From: Candidatus Calditenuis fumarioli
Lineage (GTDB): Archaea > Thermoproteota > Nitrososphaeria_A > Caldarchaeales > Calditenuaceae
Length of the DNA: 64,000 nucleotides
Direction: 5' to 3'
Assembly: GCA_030059665.1 (NCBI GenBank)
Contig: JANVYR010000002.1
Coordinates: forward strand, 128,001-192,000
The notes beneath the pieces are model-generated. The model searched no databases and was not told the DNA's origin. It worked only from the letters and a program-made list of their open reading frames with translations. The position numbers were made by a program, and so were the translations under genes. This document shows positions 39,201-47,134 of this stretch, piece after piece (the first letter of the stretch is position 1; each line of letters starts with the position of its first letter).

Positions 39201-40686
39201 ATGCGTTGCCGTCCTTGTCCCTGAGGTTGAACTTGCATGTTGCCAGGAAGAGCGAGGAGTTGAAGGTGCTGATTCTCCATCCAAAGTTCCTGGGGTCGTA
39301 GACGGTGCCGTTAACCATCAGGTCGTCGTCCCTGACGCCGCACCTCCAGTAGAAGACGGTGGAGTTGAGGAATATCGCCAGCGGGATCGAGTGACCGCCG
39401 CTAACGTAAGGCTGTGTGGTGTAGTTGTAGTTGAGGTTGAAGGCCTCGAGGAGCTGCGGGACGACATCAGAATAGAAGCCACCGGTCGGAATACCGTCCC
39501 TGAGAGCAGGTGGTGTTGCAGTAACAAGGTGCGAGTTGTCGAGCGTCGAGAAACCATCGGTATCCCTGTTCGCGAAGAACGTCGTGTTCACCAGTACCGT
39601 CTCCCACCAGACCCTGACAGTTACGTTGAGGTGCGCCTGCAGGTTAACTGAAGGATAGAAGTCATCGCGATAAGGCCTCTTCAATCCGAGGTGTATCGCC
39701 TCAAGCGGTATCGGTACCAGCTCGTTGGTCTTGTATCGAGTCCCGTAAACCGGGTACATCTCGTTGGTGGTCCTCGGATCGTACAGACCGTATCCTGATC
39801 CGTCGCCCTTGGTGACGAAGGCCCTTATCAAAGACGCTCCTCCTGTGGTTATGTTCATCTCGTAGATCTTGACCTGGGCGTAGCTCAGGTTGTCCTTCGT
39901 GCTGTACCAAGTGTGGACGTGGAATGGTGTGAAGACCACGGATGCGTTGGCAACCCAAGCGTTCCTTGCGTACCTTGTAGAGCCTAATACGTACTCAGAC
40001 TGGGTGCCAAAGGCCGTCGAGAAGTTCGCCGGCGACATGGCGACGAAGTCAACAGGTCCAGCTCTACCACCGGTGTTGGACATCAGGCTGGGACCGTAGT
40101 TCGAGGTCCAAGGCAACCACACCGCTACCACGGTCCCGTTCATCAGGACGGTCGCGTTGGTCCTCCAATGCCCCTGACCAATCTTACTTTGGATGTATCT
40201 GGTCGATGCGTTGATCACCATCATGTACACGATTATTCCGCTGTATAGGCTCCCGGCACCGACCTCGGTACCGTCGTAGCTCTTCGCCTTAACAACCACA
40301 GTCACGTTCGACCATGTATCGGGCCACTCAATCCTCACGAACCCGGTCGCGTTGATATCGAACTTGCGAGGATAGAAAATGGCGTCGTTTAACGGAGCAC
40401 CCCTCTCGTGGTAGACCTCTACGAAGTACCAGTTATCCGTCAGGTTGTACCTGTCCGCGAAGCCAGTATAGGAACCATCAGGGCACGCCCTCATCCGATG
40501 CGCGGCCGGGAGTGTCGTAGCACCGCTGCATTCTACTCCGTTCCAGCTCGGCGTCACTATCTTCAGCCATGCCGAGTACGTCCCCTCCGCTTGGACAGAC
40601 GGTATCACGTACAGGGCCGCCGGTATCGCCAGCAGCACGGCCAGCAGCGCCACGATTCCGACCCTTGCCAGACCACGGTTGTCCAA
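33274..40686 (-). CDS. Giant (2470 aa) secreted, membrane-anchored surface/S-layer-like glycoprotein
   Basis: Signal peptide (…VIPSVQA|EG), many NxS/T sequons, C-terminal repeats of V.V.D..G.P..GA.V (carboxypeptidase-regulatory/transthyretin-like folds), TM helix and cytoplasmic tail YAPPPPKTPAK. Confidence 0.82.
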   Translation of the reverse strand: MDNRGLARVGIVALLAVLLAIPAALYVIPSVQAEGTYSAWLKIVTPSWNGVECSGATTLPAAHRMRACPDGSYTGFADRYNLTDNWYFVEVYHERGAPLNDAIFYPRKFDINATGFVRIEWPDTWSNVTVVVKAKSYDGTEVGAGSLYSGIIVYMMVINASTRYIQSKIGQGHWRTNATVLMNGTVVAVWLPWTSNYGPSLMSNTGGRAGPVDFVAMSPANFSTAFGTQSEYVLGSTRYARNAWVANASVVFTPFHVHTWYSTKDNLSYAQVKIYEMNITTGGASLIRAFVTKGDGSGYGLYDPRTTNEMYPVYGTRYKTNELVPIPLEAIHLGLKRPYRDDFYPSVNLQAHLNVTVRVWWETVLVNTTFFANRDTDGFSTLDNSHLVTATPPALRDGIPTGGFYSDVVPQLLEAFNLNYNYTTQPYVSGGHSIPLAIFLNSTVFYWRCGVRDDDLMVNGTVYDPRNFGWRISTFNSSLFLATCKFNLRDKDGNAYYLQNQVGTTEEPFGIPGDGFALTANGHAWPGSLPQFRTYLRVPNATMWMYLVGKFGNIKVFQEGRFARDETYTSRYYSGTADLTANDPTKVAVNDYLKTRSISDDPGPYNGLRIEIQYSGGFMDSYGGASQTVGVFFLRNPYLVALKSASEWPDPWTSGPTPIYPEIYSGSRTSAPRLVRLGTSSGGGPLVGRVENNTGSVVDPIFGTLTFDLDGKLLLVANVSDIVITVRDNEGNVLNPSDVRIWLLRETGGPVELKAYRLVSPSPIDGKYAYEQVGPVSWPFLWRLNISVALLGSPAPEYVWVAFQVPEDLMYGIRVQYAGVTIYENSGEINKLVRTVFVDKTVSVFKLKVLFVDCQDRPLSQTPAWMIDPATNSEVRFNTGTDGAKDFIVTGGTLTFTRLYWKGVDVPFLEAILPDNTRIAAQDGKVSIPVEGDFHAPIKVRALITDFVFKTFDFQGTVAIPRLNVTVSWVGYNISDPARKPWYFLETMDPWPYAIRDGSLAERLGVVPAGQGNIFDFQRWNTSVRVAQFFSYVIQHKNATNEYIFYQMPPAIYNITVTTVAPRTLGGYNYRDASPGYGFWPGESGNRTYESYIHWMPGSESMLPQEVHEKADTRVVLREFNRDLRFTVCDRLEVNLNTWALHWFLDMIDGDLRIGDVRFDIINDNFVSMTLGLGNFSKWTGSLEYKTILYGDNTRPGPQDYSYLWWNGSYRLQDVRLTTNMSFVVDKFYNKSALPNKVWPALNFTLQPNADLHKQQTFYSKWVKLQDAFGYKIIIYDKDTLRAPLPVAFIKPRAIDKGGAPLENALIEAWIVNLNVTSRIDISAMSGGPVNRTITTVKSDKRTTNTTYTFWWEWETKRVADPDSPQRFKEIKWDRINITFRCVRSVGSNCHDSATHQIFVQVPPWPAKLILRDVFGLNMTVTERYIYLMPSSDFAFDANNATGVPGTSTDPLSYRYGQLKYARWYTKSDGTIKSFTISGYEGLLLLPTSGFLNETYGIESGIGHNVGILPTGGVDRTHAISLANTKEEFHYQFNVVWKSAVVYSENYVLDKGPVKEFGASEVYDVRFMFTLSNSTDPAHAVHNLNLWIYYPNVTTWWDQSLWSSWPPAPQDYEACEDSAFPCEKRVTLISSTDADGIVDFSKIPGPRFMNTTWKYVFSANHSDVTWLNDLVATQFVLNNETFGDGPLKTVTTSRVTVPIMLNAARQLSVVLLTWRDEQGVPTAYPVQGYTVRLQARKLGTSVDTGVLSGVSDAYGFVTFDSDPTNVRKIFWAGLTVRYRVEPPAYVNEPDDAKWKTWMQGLNVQLVEQTYNTPTRRSSFAYFPDEEPTHWAITTISTWFDPDGFCVGLCTYYDKDQARTISKPFVITVNYAAVTVRAIDFNGRPLAGAFVELVDRASGRIAGWSYTANNSWTARPIDLQTLYMYHRGKLLDPRPIGGAGYTAIMNLTFGTWNYDANNDDTVDNSGVRDPLRLIIRVYWLATDPNPNNANGNLWPIWPFRDETAPLPRHVKVYDSDFDETDAAAKTLEVPHSEAAIGLKLPDRVVSASDPVSRGVHRDVTTAVFDFKALLNYGGKTLPPDILRRFEVFVYKKTGATTELSLRFTEGVGMSRGTFTINRLPRGVYELEVRFGDAGTIFKRTFDISTVNVGTVQVEASMPFTDLSFEVTDLRGRPLSIAPGDVSITPEAYYFRREVAGNVITITALYTGAPVTFSVKYTSPTYGTSVQVTLTDTADGIRTRLLGGRTLQMPVDDVVINAVDAQGRPVGGAVVTFGRAQPKTTGPDGKAVFERVPLGTEDSPITYTVRVSVEGVEVYARDEPISVARKEISVLAQLFALTVRVVGELGQGLQGASVQLLRAGTTVGTASADAAGSARFEKLAPASYEVRATYKGFTGSASVTLDQLRRGDVVEIRLPVYVEVLGIPMSLATLLALAIGIILLVIVLAIIISEYRWWRGRRLGVYAPPPPKTPAK

Positions 40687-40896
40687 CTTTCCTTCTCACC
40701 TTGCGTCCCTCCCCAGGATCCGCCCGGATAAAGACCGGTCCTTTCTAGAGCGGTTCTAAACCCCGGAATCTCCGCCCGCAACCGCCCTTTTCACCCGGTA
40801 ATACGCCAATAGCGTCCAGAGGGCCAGCAGAGGGTACCAGCAGAAAGGGACAAACCCATCCGTCACAAAGGACAGCGAAGCCAACCCGGTTGCTGA

Positions 40897-41404
40897 TCAC
40901 TGGTCACGTGCGCCCCCCATCCCGAGCCCCCTCGCGACCTCCTCGACCAGCCTCCTCACCTCGCCCAGCGCGTCCTCCACGTCCTCCCTCGTAGCCAGGC
41001 CTTCGTAGGAGTTAACGTGCATCGAGCTCGCCAGCTTGAACGCTGTCCTGACCCAGCTCCAGGGCCACCTCGTTCTTGTGGGCCCAGAGATCGGCGTGCG
41101 ACTCCAGCCTAAGACCCTTCCTCGCCATAGCGTGAGCCCTCACCGCCAGCGCGCAGGCCCCCCAGACCTTCTCTCCCGTCTGCCTCAGGTCTCCCCTGCT
41201 GAGCTCCTCCGCCGCCCGCTCAAGCAGCTGCCGGGCACCCTCGAGGTACTTCCTCCAGGCCTCGCGCGGGTCCTCATCTTTCGTCAGCAGCTCGAACACG
41301 AACTCCTCGACCGTCTGTCCAGCCCTCCTCGCCCTCTCCCTGAGCTCGTCGACCACCACCCTGGGCAGGGCCAAGGCCGTCGCTTCGGGCGCTTCTCCCG
41401 CCAC
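40897..41404 (-). pseudogene. Frameshifted PaREP1 (HEPN-like) gene with N-terminal RHH-like segment
   Basis: GDLRQTGEKVWGACALAV...SHADLW, then a shift at GAGCTGG. The alternate frame gives WVRTAFKLASSMHVNSYEGLATREDVEDALGEVRRLVE...* ending at 40897. Confidence 0.8.
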
Positions 41405-41505
41405 TCCGCCAAACCATCGGCTTGTTGCGTCAAATCTTTTTTCCTCCAGCTCCCTCCGTCGCGGGCTCCAAATCGATCGCTCAGCCGCAGATCCCTCAGC
41501 TGCGC

Positions 41506-42201
41506 TCAGACCCTCGTGTATATCTCGACTCCCAGCTCCATAGCAGTCTTCACGGCGTTGTCGGTAGCGAACGGCGTCACGAAGATCAGCCTGTCGGGTC
41601 TCTTCCCGGTCTTCCGCTCGTAGAGCTTCGCCTTCCTGTACAGGGTGACGACGTCTGAGGGCCTCACCTGGGACGATACCTCGATCAGCAGCGTCTTCCC
41701 GTCCTTCACCGCGACGTCGACCTCCACTGGGCTCGGGAACCCGAAGACCTCTCCTCCCTCATCGAACGCCGTCCACCTCTCGACCTTCAGGCCCAGCTCC
41801 TTCTCGAGGATTCCCTTCAGTCCCTCCCTGAACGCTTCCTCGGACATCAGACCCCACCTGGCTCCCAAAGCCGAGATCTGCCTGTTGACCGCTTCGAACC
41901 CCTTGTTCATGTCCTCCCTGAGTCTGTTCATGTCCTCCCGTAGCTTTGCAATCTCCTTGTCATGCCTCTCGAACCCCCTGATCATGTCCTCCCTAAGCCT
42001 GTTCATGTCTTCCCTGAGCCTCGCAATTTCCTGCTCGTGTCTGTCAAGCCTCTTCAGGATCTCGATTATGTGGGATTCGTGCCTGTCGAGTCTCTTCAGG
42101 ATCTCGTCCAACCCAATTAATCCTGCAACTGCGTACCTGAACTCCTCGTCCTCCCTGAGCAGCTTCAGGATCCTCGACTTCAGCCTCTCCCTCGCGGCCA
42201 A
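41506..42201 (-). CDS. Coiled-coil + PD-(D/E)XK nuclease protein (DUF3782/COG5493-like), paralog B
   Basis: LLREDEEFRYAVAGLIG, LREDMNR repeats, ALGARWG..SEEAFREG, EVDVAVKDG..LIEVSS and LIFVTPF. Confidence 0.85.
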   Translation of the reverse strand: MAARERLKSRILKLLREDEEFRYAVAGLIGLDEILKRLDRHESHIIEILKRLDRHEQEIARLREDMNRLREDMIRGFERHDKEIAKLREDMNRLREDMNKGFEAVNRQISALGARWGLMSEEAFREGLKGILEKELGLKVERWTAFDEGGEVFGFPSPVEVDVAVKDGKTLLIEVSSQVRPSDVVTLYRKAKLYERKTGKRPDRLIFVTPFATDNAVKTAMELGVEIYTRV

Positions 42202-42217
42202 CCCGTCACTACCTTCG
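41508..42217. repeat. Copy 1 of a ~0.7 kb direct repeat (gene B), partner at 46212-46888
   Basis: 41509-41930 and 46213-46634 differ at only a handful of bases. The 5' ends also match; only the central heptad cassette differs. Confidence 0.9.
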
Positions 42218-42430
42218 TCGATTCGAGATATAACTGAGTAGGTGCACCGTCGATCCTTGATGGGCCAAAGCCCACCGCGCCCCGCACGTGAGCCGTCTCT
42301 CCCGCCGATCGGGGCATCGCAGCCCTCCGCTGTCTGCGGTGTGCAGCAAGCACCCCGTTGGGAAGGTGGACCCAGCTCGCATAGAACCGCGTGCGAACGT
42401 TCTTAACGCGGACGAAACCTCTCCGAGCCG

Positions 42431-42910
42431 ATGAGCCTGAAGCCGCTCATCAGGAAGGCGAACGAGCAGGACCTCAACGCCATCGTCAACCTCCTCGTCC
42501 GGAACAAGCGCCTGAACGAGGAGTTCGACCCGATGCTCACCGTCACCGATCAGATCGAAGAAGTAGCACGGGAGTACGTCTCCGAGGCCCTGAAGGACCG
42601 GAACTCGCTGGTACTCGTCTGCGAGGAGGGGGGGAAGGTGGTGGGCTTCCTGAAGGCCGACGTCATCGACCGGCTCTTCTACGAGCCCCGGAAGGAGGGG
42701 GTCATCAGGGAGTTCTACCTCCTCCCCGAGTTCAGGAGGCGCGGGATCGGCAGGATCATGGTGGAGAGGGCCTACGAGGAGCTGAGGTCCATGGGAGCGG
42801 GGATCATAACCGCGGAGTTCCCATCGCAGCACAAGATAGCCGTCTCGTTCTACGAGAACCTCGGCTTCCGGCCGATCATCAGCAAGTACGCTAAGGAGGT
42901 CACCAGGTGA
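42431..42910 (+). CDS. GNAT family N-acetyltransferase
   Basis: FYLLPEFRRRGIGR acetyl-CoA motif and SFYENLGF. Confidence 0.9.
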   Translation: MSLKPLIRKANEQDLNAIVNLLVRNKRLNEEFDPMLTVTDQIEEVAREYVSEALKDRNSLVLVCEEGGKVVGFLKADVIDRLFYEPRKEGVIREFYLLPEFRRRGIGRIMVERAYEELRSMGAGIITAEFPSQHKIAVSFYENLGFRPIISKYAKEVTR

Positions 42911-42919
42911 GTTCCCCTC

Positions 42920-44110
42920 TCAGGGCCTCTCGCCCAGCACCACCTCGACGTTCACGGCTTTGCCGTCCCTGATCACCGTCAGCACCACCCTGTCCCCGGG
43001 AGAGGTGTTCTCCACCAGGTAGGTCAGGAGGTCGTCCAGCGAGGAGATGCTGTGCCCATCTATCGCCACTATAACGTCACCTCCTATCAGGTATGTCTCG
43101 CCCGCAACGGTCACCCTGGTCGTCCCTCCCCTCAGGCCGGCCCTGCTGGCCGGGCTGTTGTTGGCCACCGTCTCCACCAAGAAGCCGGACTTGACCGGTA
43201 TCCCGGCCCTCTCGGCCACCAGCGAGTTCAGCTCCTTCCCCGAGATCCCGATGTAGCTGTGGGAGTACCTGCCCTTCTCGATCAGCACCGGCACGACCCT
43301 TGCCACTATCGAGGAGGGTATCGCGTACCCCACGCCCGAGAAGGTGCCCGTCGTCGTCTCGATCGCCGTCGTCACCCCCACCACCTCTCCCCTGTAATTC
43401 AGCAGGGGACCGCCCGAGTTGCCCGGGTTTATCGCAGCGTCTATCTGGATCACCCACGGTATCAGGTAGCCCCTGTTGGAGGGTAGGAGCCTGCCCTTCT
43501 GGCTGACGATCCCCACCGTCACGGAACCTTGGAGGCCGAAGGGGTTTCCGATCGCGACAACGGGGTCGCCGATCCTGAGGGCCCTCGAGTCGCCGAGTGG
43601 GAGCGGTTTCAGCTGCAGGTCGCTCGGCGGCCTGATCCTGAGGACCGCGAGGTCCGTGTCCACGTCGTAGCCCACGAGGGTGGCCTGGAGCATCGTCCCG
43701 TCGAGGAAGCTGACGTAGATCTGATCGCCCCCGGAGACCACGTGGTAGTTGGTGACTATGTGCCCCCTGCTGTCGTACACGAACCCAGTACCGACCGCCG
43801 AAGTGATCGTCCCTATCACCCTCACCATCACCACCGAGTCCTTCGCCCGCTCGTAGATCTCGGAGACGTTCAGCGGCTCATTCAGAGGCCTCTCAACGAC
43901 AGTCGTCTGCCGCGTCACCGTGACGGTGCTGACCTGCGCGAGCTGGGCCTGCGCGGATCCGAGGGCCTGAACCTGCTGGGCGACCTGCGCGATCCGCGAG
44001 TTGACCCCTTCGAGCTCCCCGCTCAGCGAGTCCAGCTCGACCACCAGAAGCCCCACGAGGAGGAGCGCCAGAACGCTGAGGACCACAGCCACCTTCCCGG
44101 CGCTGGCCAT
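42920..44110 (-). CDS. HtrA/DegP-like serine protease with PDZ domain
   Basis: N-terminal TM/coiled coil, IVTNYHVV, DLAVL, DAAINPGNSGGPL and a PDZ domain. Confidence 0.95.
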   Translation of the reverse strand: MASAGKVAVVLSVLALLLVGLLVVELDSLSGELEGVNSRIAQVAQQVQALGSAQAQLAQVSTVTVTRQTTVVERPLNEPLNVSEIYERAKDSVVMVRVIGTITSAVGTGFVYDSRGHIVTNYHVVSGGDQIYVSFLDGTMLQATLVGYDVDTDLAVLRIRPPSDLQLKPLPLGDSRALRIGDPVVAIGNPFGLQGSVTVGIVSQKGRLLPSNRGYLIPWVIQIDAAINPGNSGGPLLNYRGEVVGVTTAIETTTGTFSGVGYAIPSSIVARVVPVLIEKGRYSHSYIGISGKELNSLVAERAGIPVKSGFLVETVANNSPASRAGLRGGTTRVTVAGETYLIGGDVIVAIDGHSISSLDDLLTYLVENTSPGDRVVLTVIRDGKAVNVEVVLGERP

Positions 44111-44167
44111 CCCGCTCCCCCACGGCCGCCGGGTCCTATTACGCGTTGTGGACGAAGCGTCCGCGCC

Positions 44168-44395
44168 TCACTCGACCGGGGCCTTCGAGAAGATCACCAG
44201 CTCGTCGTCCCTCAGCTCCACCCAGACCTCGTGCCCCAGCCCGAGGAGCGTCCTGAAGACCCTCTCCCACGGGAACCTGACCGGGTCCTTCACCCGCACC
44301 TCGAACCCGCCCATCACGGTGGTGCACTCGCCGTACCCGTTGATCGCAGACCTGAGCTCGCCCTCGATGTCCACGCAGGCCCGCTCCGAGCCCAA
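44168..44395 (-). CDS. Small hypothetical protein
   Basis: 75-aa ORF filling the gap between htrA and the aminotransferase, with genome-typical codon usage. Confidence 0.5.
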   Translation of the reverse strand: MGSERACVDIEGELRSAINGYGECTTVMGGFEVRVKDPVRFPWERVFRTLLGLGHEVWVELRDDELVIFSKAPVE

Positions 44396-44473
44396 GGCCC
44401 CCGTCCGTCCCCGGAGGCTTGCTCATAAAAATTGTGACGCGGTTCCGGCCGGTGCTGTGGCCCGTCTGAACGC

Positions 44474-45805
44474 TCAGCGTCGTACCTTCGAGATCTCGGC
44501 AAGCGACTGCTCGAGCAGGTCGAGCCCGCGCTCCAAGAGCTCCCTCTCGATGGTCAGTGGAGGGTGAAGCCTGACGACGTTCCCGAAGAGGCCTCCCTTC
44601 AGCAACAGCAGGCCCCTCGACCTGGCCTCGGCGACCAGCCTGTCGGTCTCCTCCGTCGCCGGCTCCTTGCTCCTCCTGTCCCGGACGAGCTCCAGAGCGC
44701 GCATCGCACCCATCCCCCTCACGTCGCCCACGATCTCGTACCTCTCCGAGATCTCCAACAACCTCCTCTCCATGATCCTGCCCAGCTCAACCGCCCTCTC
44801 GAGGACGCCGCCGCTCGTCATCACCTCGAGCACCTCCGAGGCCACCGCCGCGGCCACCGGGTTTCCCCCGAACGTCGTCCCGAGGCCCATCGGGTGCACC
44901 GCGTCCATCAGCTCAGCCCTCCCCACCGTCGCCGAGAGCGGCAAACCGTTGGCTATCGCCTTACCCAGCGCGAAGAGGTCGGCCGTCACGCCGAAGTTCT
45001 CCAGCGCGAAGAGCCTCCCCGTCCTGCCGAAGGCGGTCTGCACCTCGTCCGCGATCAGCAAGACGTCGTTCTCCCGGAGGAACCCCCTCAGCTCCCGCAC
45101 GTAGTCCGCCGGCGGCACCACGAACCCTCCCTCGCCCTGTATCGGCTCGAAGAGGACGGCCGCGACGGAGCTCGGCGGTGCCACCGTTCTCATCACCCAC
45201 CTCCTCAGGTAGTCGAGGCATGACAGCCCGCAATCCGGGTAGCTCTGTCCGAACGGGCACCTGTAGCAGTACGGGTAGGGCGCGTGGTGGACCCCCGGTG
45301 CGAACGGTTCGAGGCCCGCCTTGTACGGGTGGTACTTCCCGGTGGCGGTTAGGGCGAGGTATGTCCTGCCGTGGAAGGAGTTCTCGAAGGCGATCACGCC
45401 CTGTCTCCTCGTCGCCAGCCTCGCTACCTTCACCGCGTTCTCCACCGCCTCGGCTCCGCTGTTGAAGAGCGCCGCCTTGTTCTCCGACCCGGTCGGGGCC
45501 AGCTCCGAGAGTTTCCTCGCCACCACGAGGTAGGGCTCGTACGCAGCCACCGCGAAGCAGATGTGCCAGAGCCTCCTCAGCTGCCGCTCCGCCGCCGCGA
45601 TCAGCCGCTCGTTGCAGTGGCCTAGGTTGGCCACCCCTATCCCGCTGGTGAAGTCGATCAGCTCCCTGCCGTCGACCGTCCTGAGGAGCGCGTTCCTCCC
45701 CTCGGAGATCACTATTGGATGGAGCGTCGAGATGCCCCTCCCCACGAAGCGCTGCCTCAACTCCAGAAGGGAAGTCTCGTCCAAGCCGTGTCCCCCAAGC
45801 ACCAA
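44474..45805 (-). CDS. gabT: 4-aminobutyrate aminotransferase-like (class III PLP)
   Basis: IDFTSGIGVANLGH, NSGAEAVENA, SFHGRT, EPIQGEGG, DEVQTAFGRTG and GTTFGGNP. Confidence 0.85.
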   Translation of the reverse strand: MVLGGHGLDETSLLELRQRFVGRGISTLHPIVISEGRNALLRTVDGRELIDFTSGIGVANLGHCNERLIAAAERQLRRLWHICFAVAAYEPYLVVARKLSELAPTGSENKAALFNSGAEAVENAVKVARLATRRQGVIAFENSFHGRTYLALTATGKYHPYKAGLEPFAPGVHHAPYPYCYRCPFGQSYPDCGLSCLDYLRRWVMRTVAPPSSVAAVLFEPIQGEGGFVVPPADYVRELRGFLRENDVLLIADEVQTAFGRTGRLFALENFGVTADLFALGKAIANGLPLSATVGRAELMDAVHPMGLGTTFGGNPVAAAVASEVLEVMTSGGVLERAVELGRIMERRLLEISERYEIVGDVRGMGAMRALELVRDRRSKEPATEETDRLVAEARSRGLLLLKGGLFGNVVRLHPPLTIERELLERGLDLLEQSLAEISKVRR

Positions 45806-45909
45806 TCGCCGAGGCTGTTATTCTCTGTTGGCCGTGTCGCCGGAAAGCGGTTCGGATTGCGGTTCTGGGCATGAAGTTTTTTGAGAGGTCAGCCGAGAAT
45901 ACCGATCGG

Positions 45910-46028
45910 GCGGGGGTAGCCAAGCCAGGTCAACGGCGCCGGCCTCAAGATCCGCGCGAGGCGAAAGCCGGTCCCGCAGGCCAGACATCGGGCGGAAGGG
46001 TTCGTGGGTTCGAATCCCACCCCCCGCA
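45910..46028 (+). tRNA. tRNA-Leu(CAA) with two introns (~45950-45965 and 45980-45997)
   Basis: Acceptor GCGGGGG/CCCCCGC plus discriminator A, D-arm TAGCCAAGCCAGGTCAACGGC, anticodon stem CCGGC/GCCGG with CT-CAA-G, and T-arm GTGGG-TTCGAAT-CCCAC. Removing both inserts restores a standard Leu anticodon loop and variable arm TCCCGCAGGGGTTC. Confidence 0.9.
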
Positions 46029-46209
46029 CTTAGAGAACTTCGCTATGTGTCCCATCGACGGGGTCAACGACCGCACGGAAACCTCGCAGGATAAGCCGCG
46101 CAGAGCCCGAAAGTCCCAGGATAGGGAGCGGTGATCCGAGAGAGGGAGTTGAGAGCTAATGCGGAGTGAAGGATCCGGGTTCAGGATCGAGTGGGTTGCA
46201 CAGGTGCGG

Positions 46210-46872
46210 CTACGCCCTCGTGTATATCTCGACTCCGAGCTCCATAGCGGTCTTCACGGCGTTGTCGGTAGCGAACGGCGTCACGAAGATCAGCCTGTCG
46301 GGTCTCCTCCCGGTCTTCCGCTCGTAGAGCTTCGCCTTCCTGTACAGGGTGACGACGTCTGAGGGCCTCACCTGGGACGATACCTCGATCAGCAGCGTCT
46401 TCCCGTCCTTCACCGCGACGTCGACCTCCACTGGGCTCGGGAACCCGAAGACCTCTCCTCCCTCATCGAACGCCGTCCACCTCTCGACCTTCAGGCCCAG
46501 CTCCTTCTCGAGGATTCCCTTCAGTCCCTCCCTGAAGGCTTCCTCGGACATGAGGCCCCACCTGGCTCCCAAAGCCGAGATCTGCCTGTTGACCGCTTCG
46601 AACCCCTTCATCATGTCCTCCCTGAGCCTGTTCATGTCCTCCCGTAGCTTCTCTATTTCCTGCCATATCCTCCCGATCTCCTGCTCTATCCTCAGGAACC
46701 TCTCCTCGTGTCTGTCCAGCCTCTTCAGGATCTCGATTATGTGGGATTCGTGCCTGTCGAGTCTCTTCAGGATCTCGTCGAGTCCTATCAGTCCTGCAAC
46801 AGCATATCTGAACTCCTCATCCTCCCTGAGCAGCTTCAGGATCCTCGACTTCAGCCTCTCCCTCGCGGCCAA
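46210..46872 (-). CDS. Coiled-coil + PD-(D/E)XK nuclease protein, paralog C (near-identical to B)
   Basis: Same head and nuclease tail as 41506-42201. TTG start at 46872, with the same TATA-like GTTATATC 26 nt upstream as copy B. Confidence 0.85.
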   Translation of the reverse strand: MAARERLKSRILKLLREDEEFRYAVAGLIGLDEILKRLDRHESHIIEILKRLDRHEERFLRIEQEIGRIWQEIEKLREDMNRLREDMMKGFEAVNRQISALGARWGLMSEEAFREGLKGILEKELGLKVERWTAFDEGGEVFGFPSPVEVDVAVKDGKTLLIEVSSQVRPSDVVTLYRKAKLYERKTGRRPDRLIFVTPFATDNAVKTAMELGVEIYTRA

Positions 46873-46888
46873 TCCGTCACTGCCTTCG
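46212..46888. repeat. Copy 2 of the ~0.7 kb direct repeat (gene C)
   Basis: Direct alignment by eye to 41508-42217. Confidence 0.9.
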
Positions 46889-47134
46889 CAACTATCGGAT
46901 ATAACCCAACCTTCCCAATCAGCCAGTAGGCGGTGAAGCTGGGCGACGAGATCACCGCTCTCAGCGAGAACGCGCGGACCAACGGCCTTTCTGCCCAAGA
47001 AGTGAGTTCCAGCAGCTGCAAAGCGCGTTCCGGGCAGTGGACCTGCGGCCTCCTGACAGCCGGAAACGAGGGTGGACGGCGATCCGGGGGCCCTCAACGA
47101 TATCAGGCAGACCTTACGGAGGTTAGCTGCAGGC

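Noticed and set aside
45910-46028. Alternative reading as tRNA-Ser(CGA) via a different splice
   Set aside because: The acceptor stem GCGGGGG, discriminator A and restored variable arm fit Leu, not Ser.
45910-46210. Integrated element with an att site at tRNA-Leu
   Set aside because: No integrase gene and no duplicated tRNA 3' end were found in the window.
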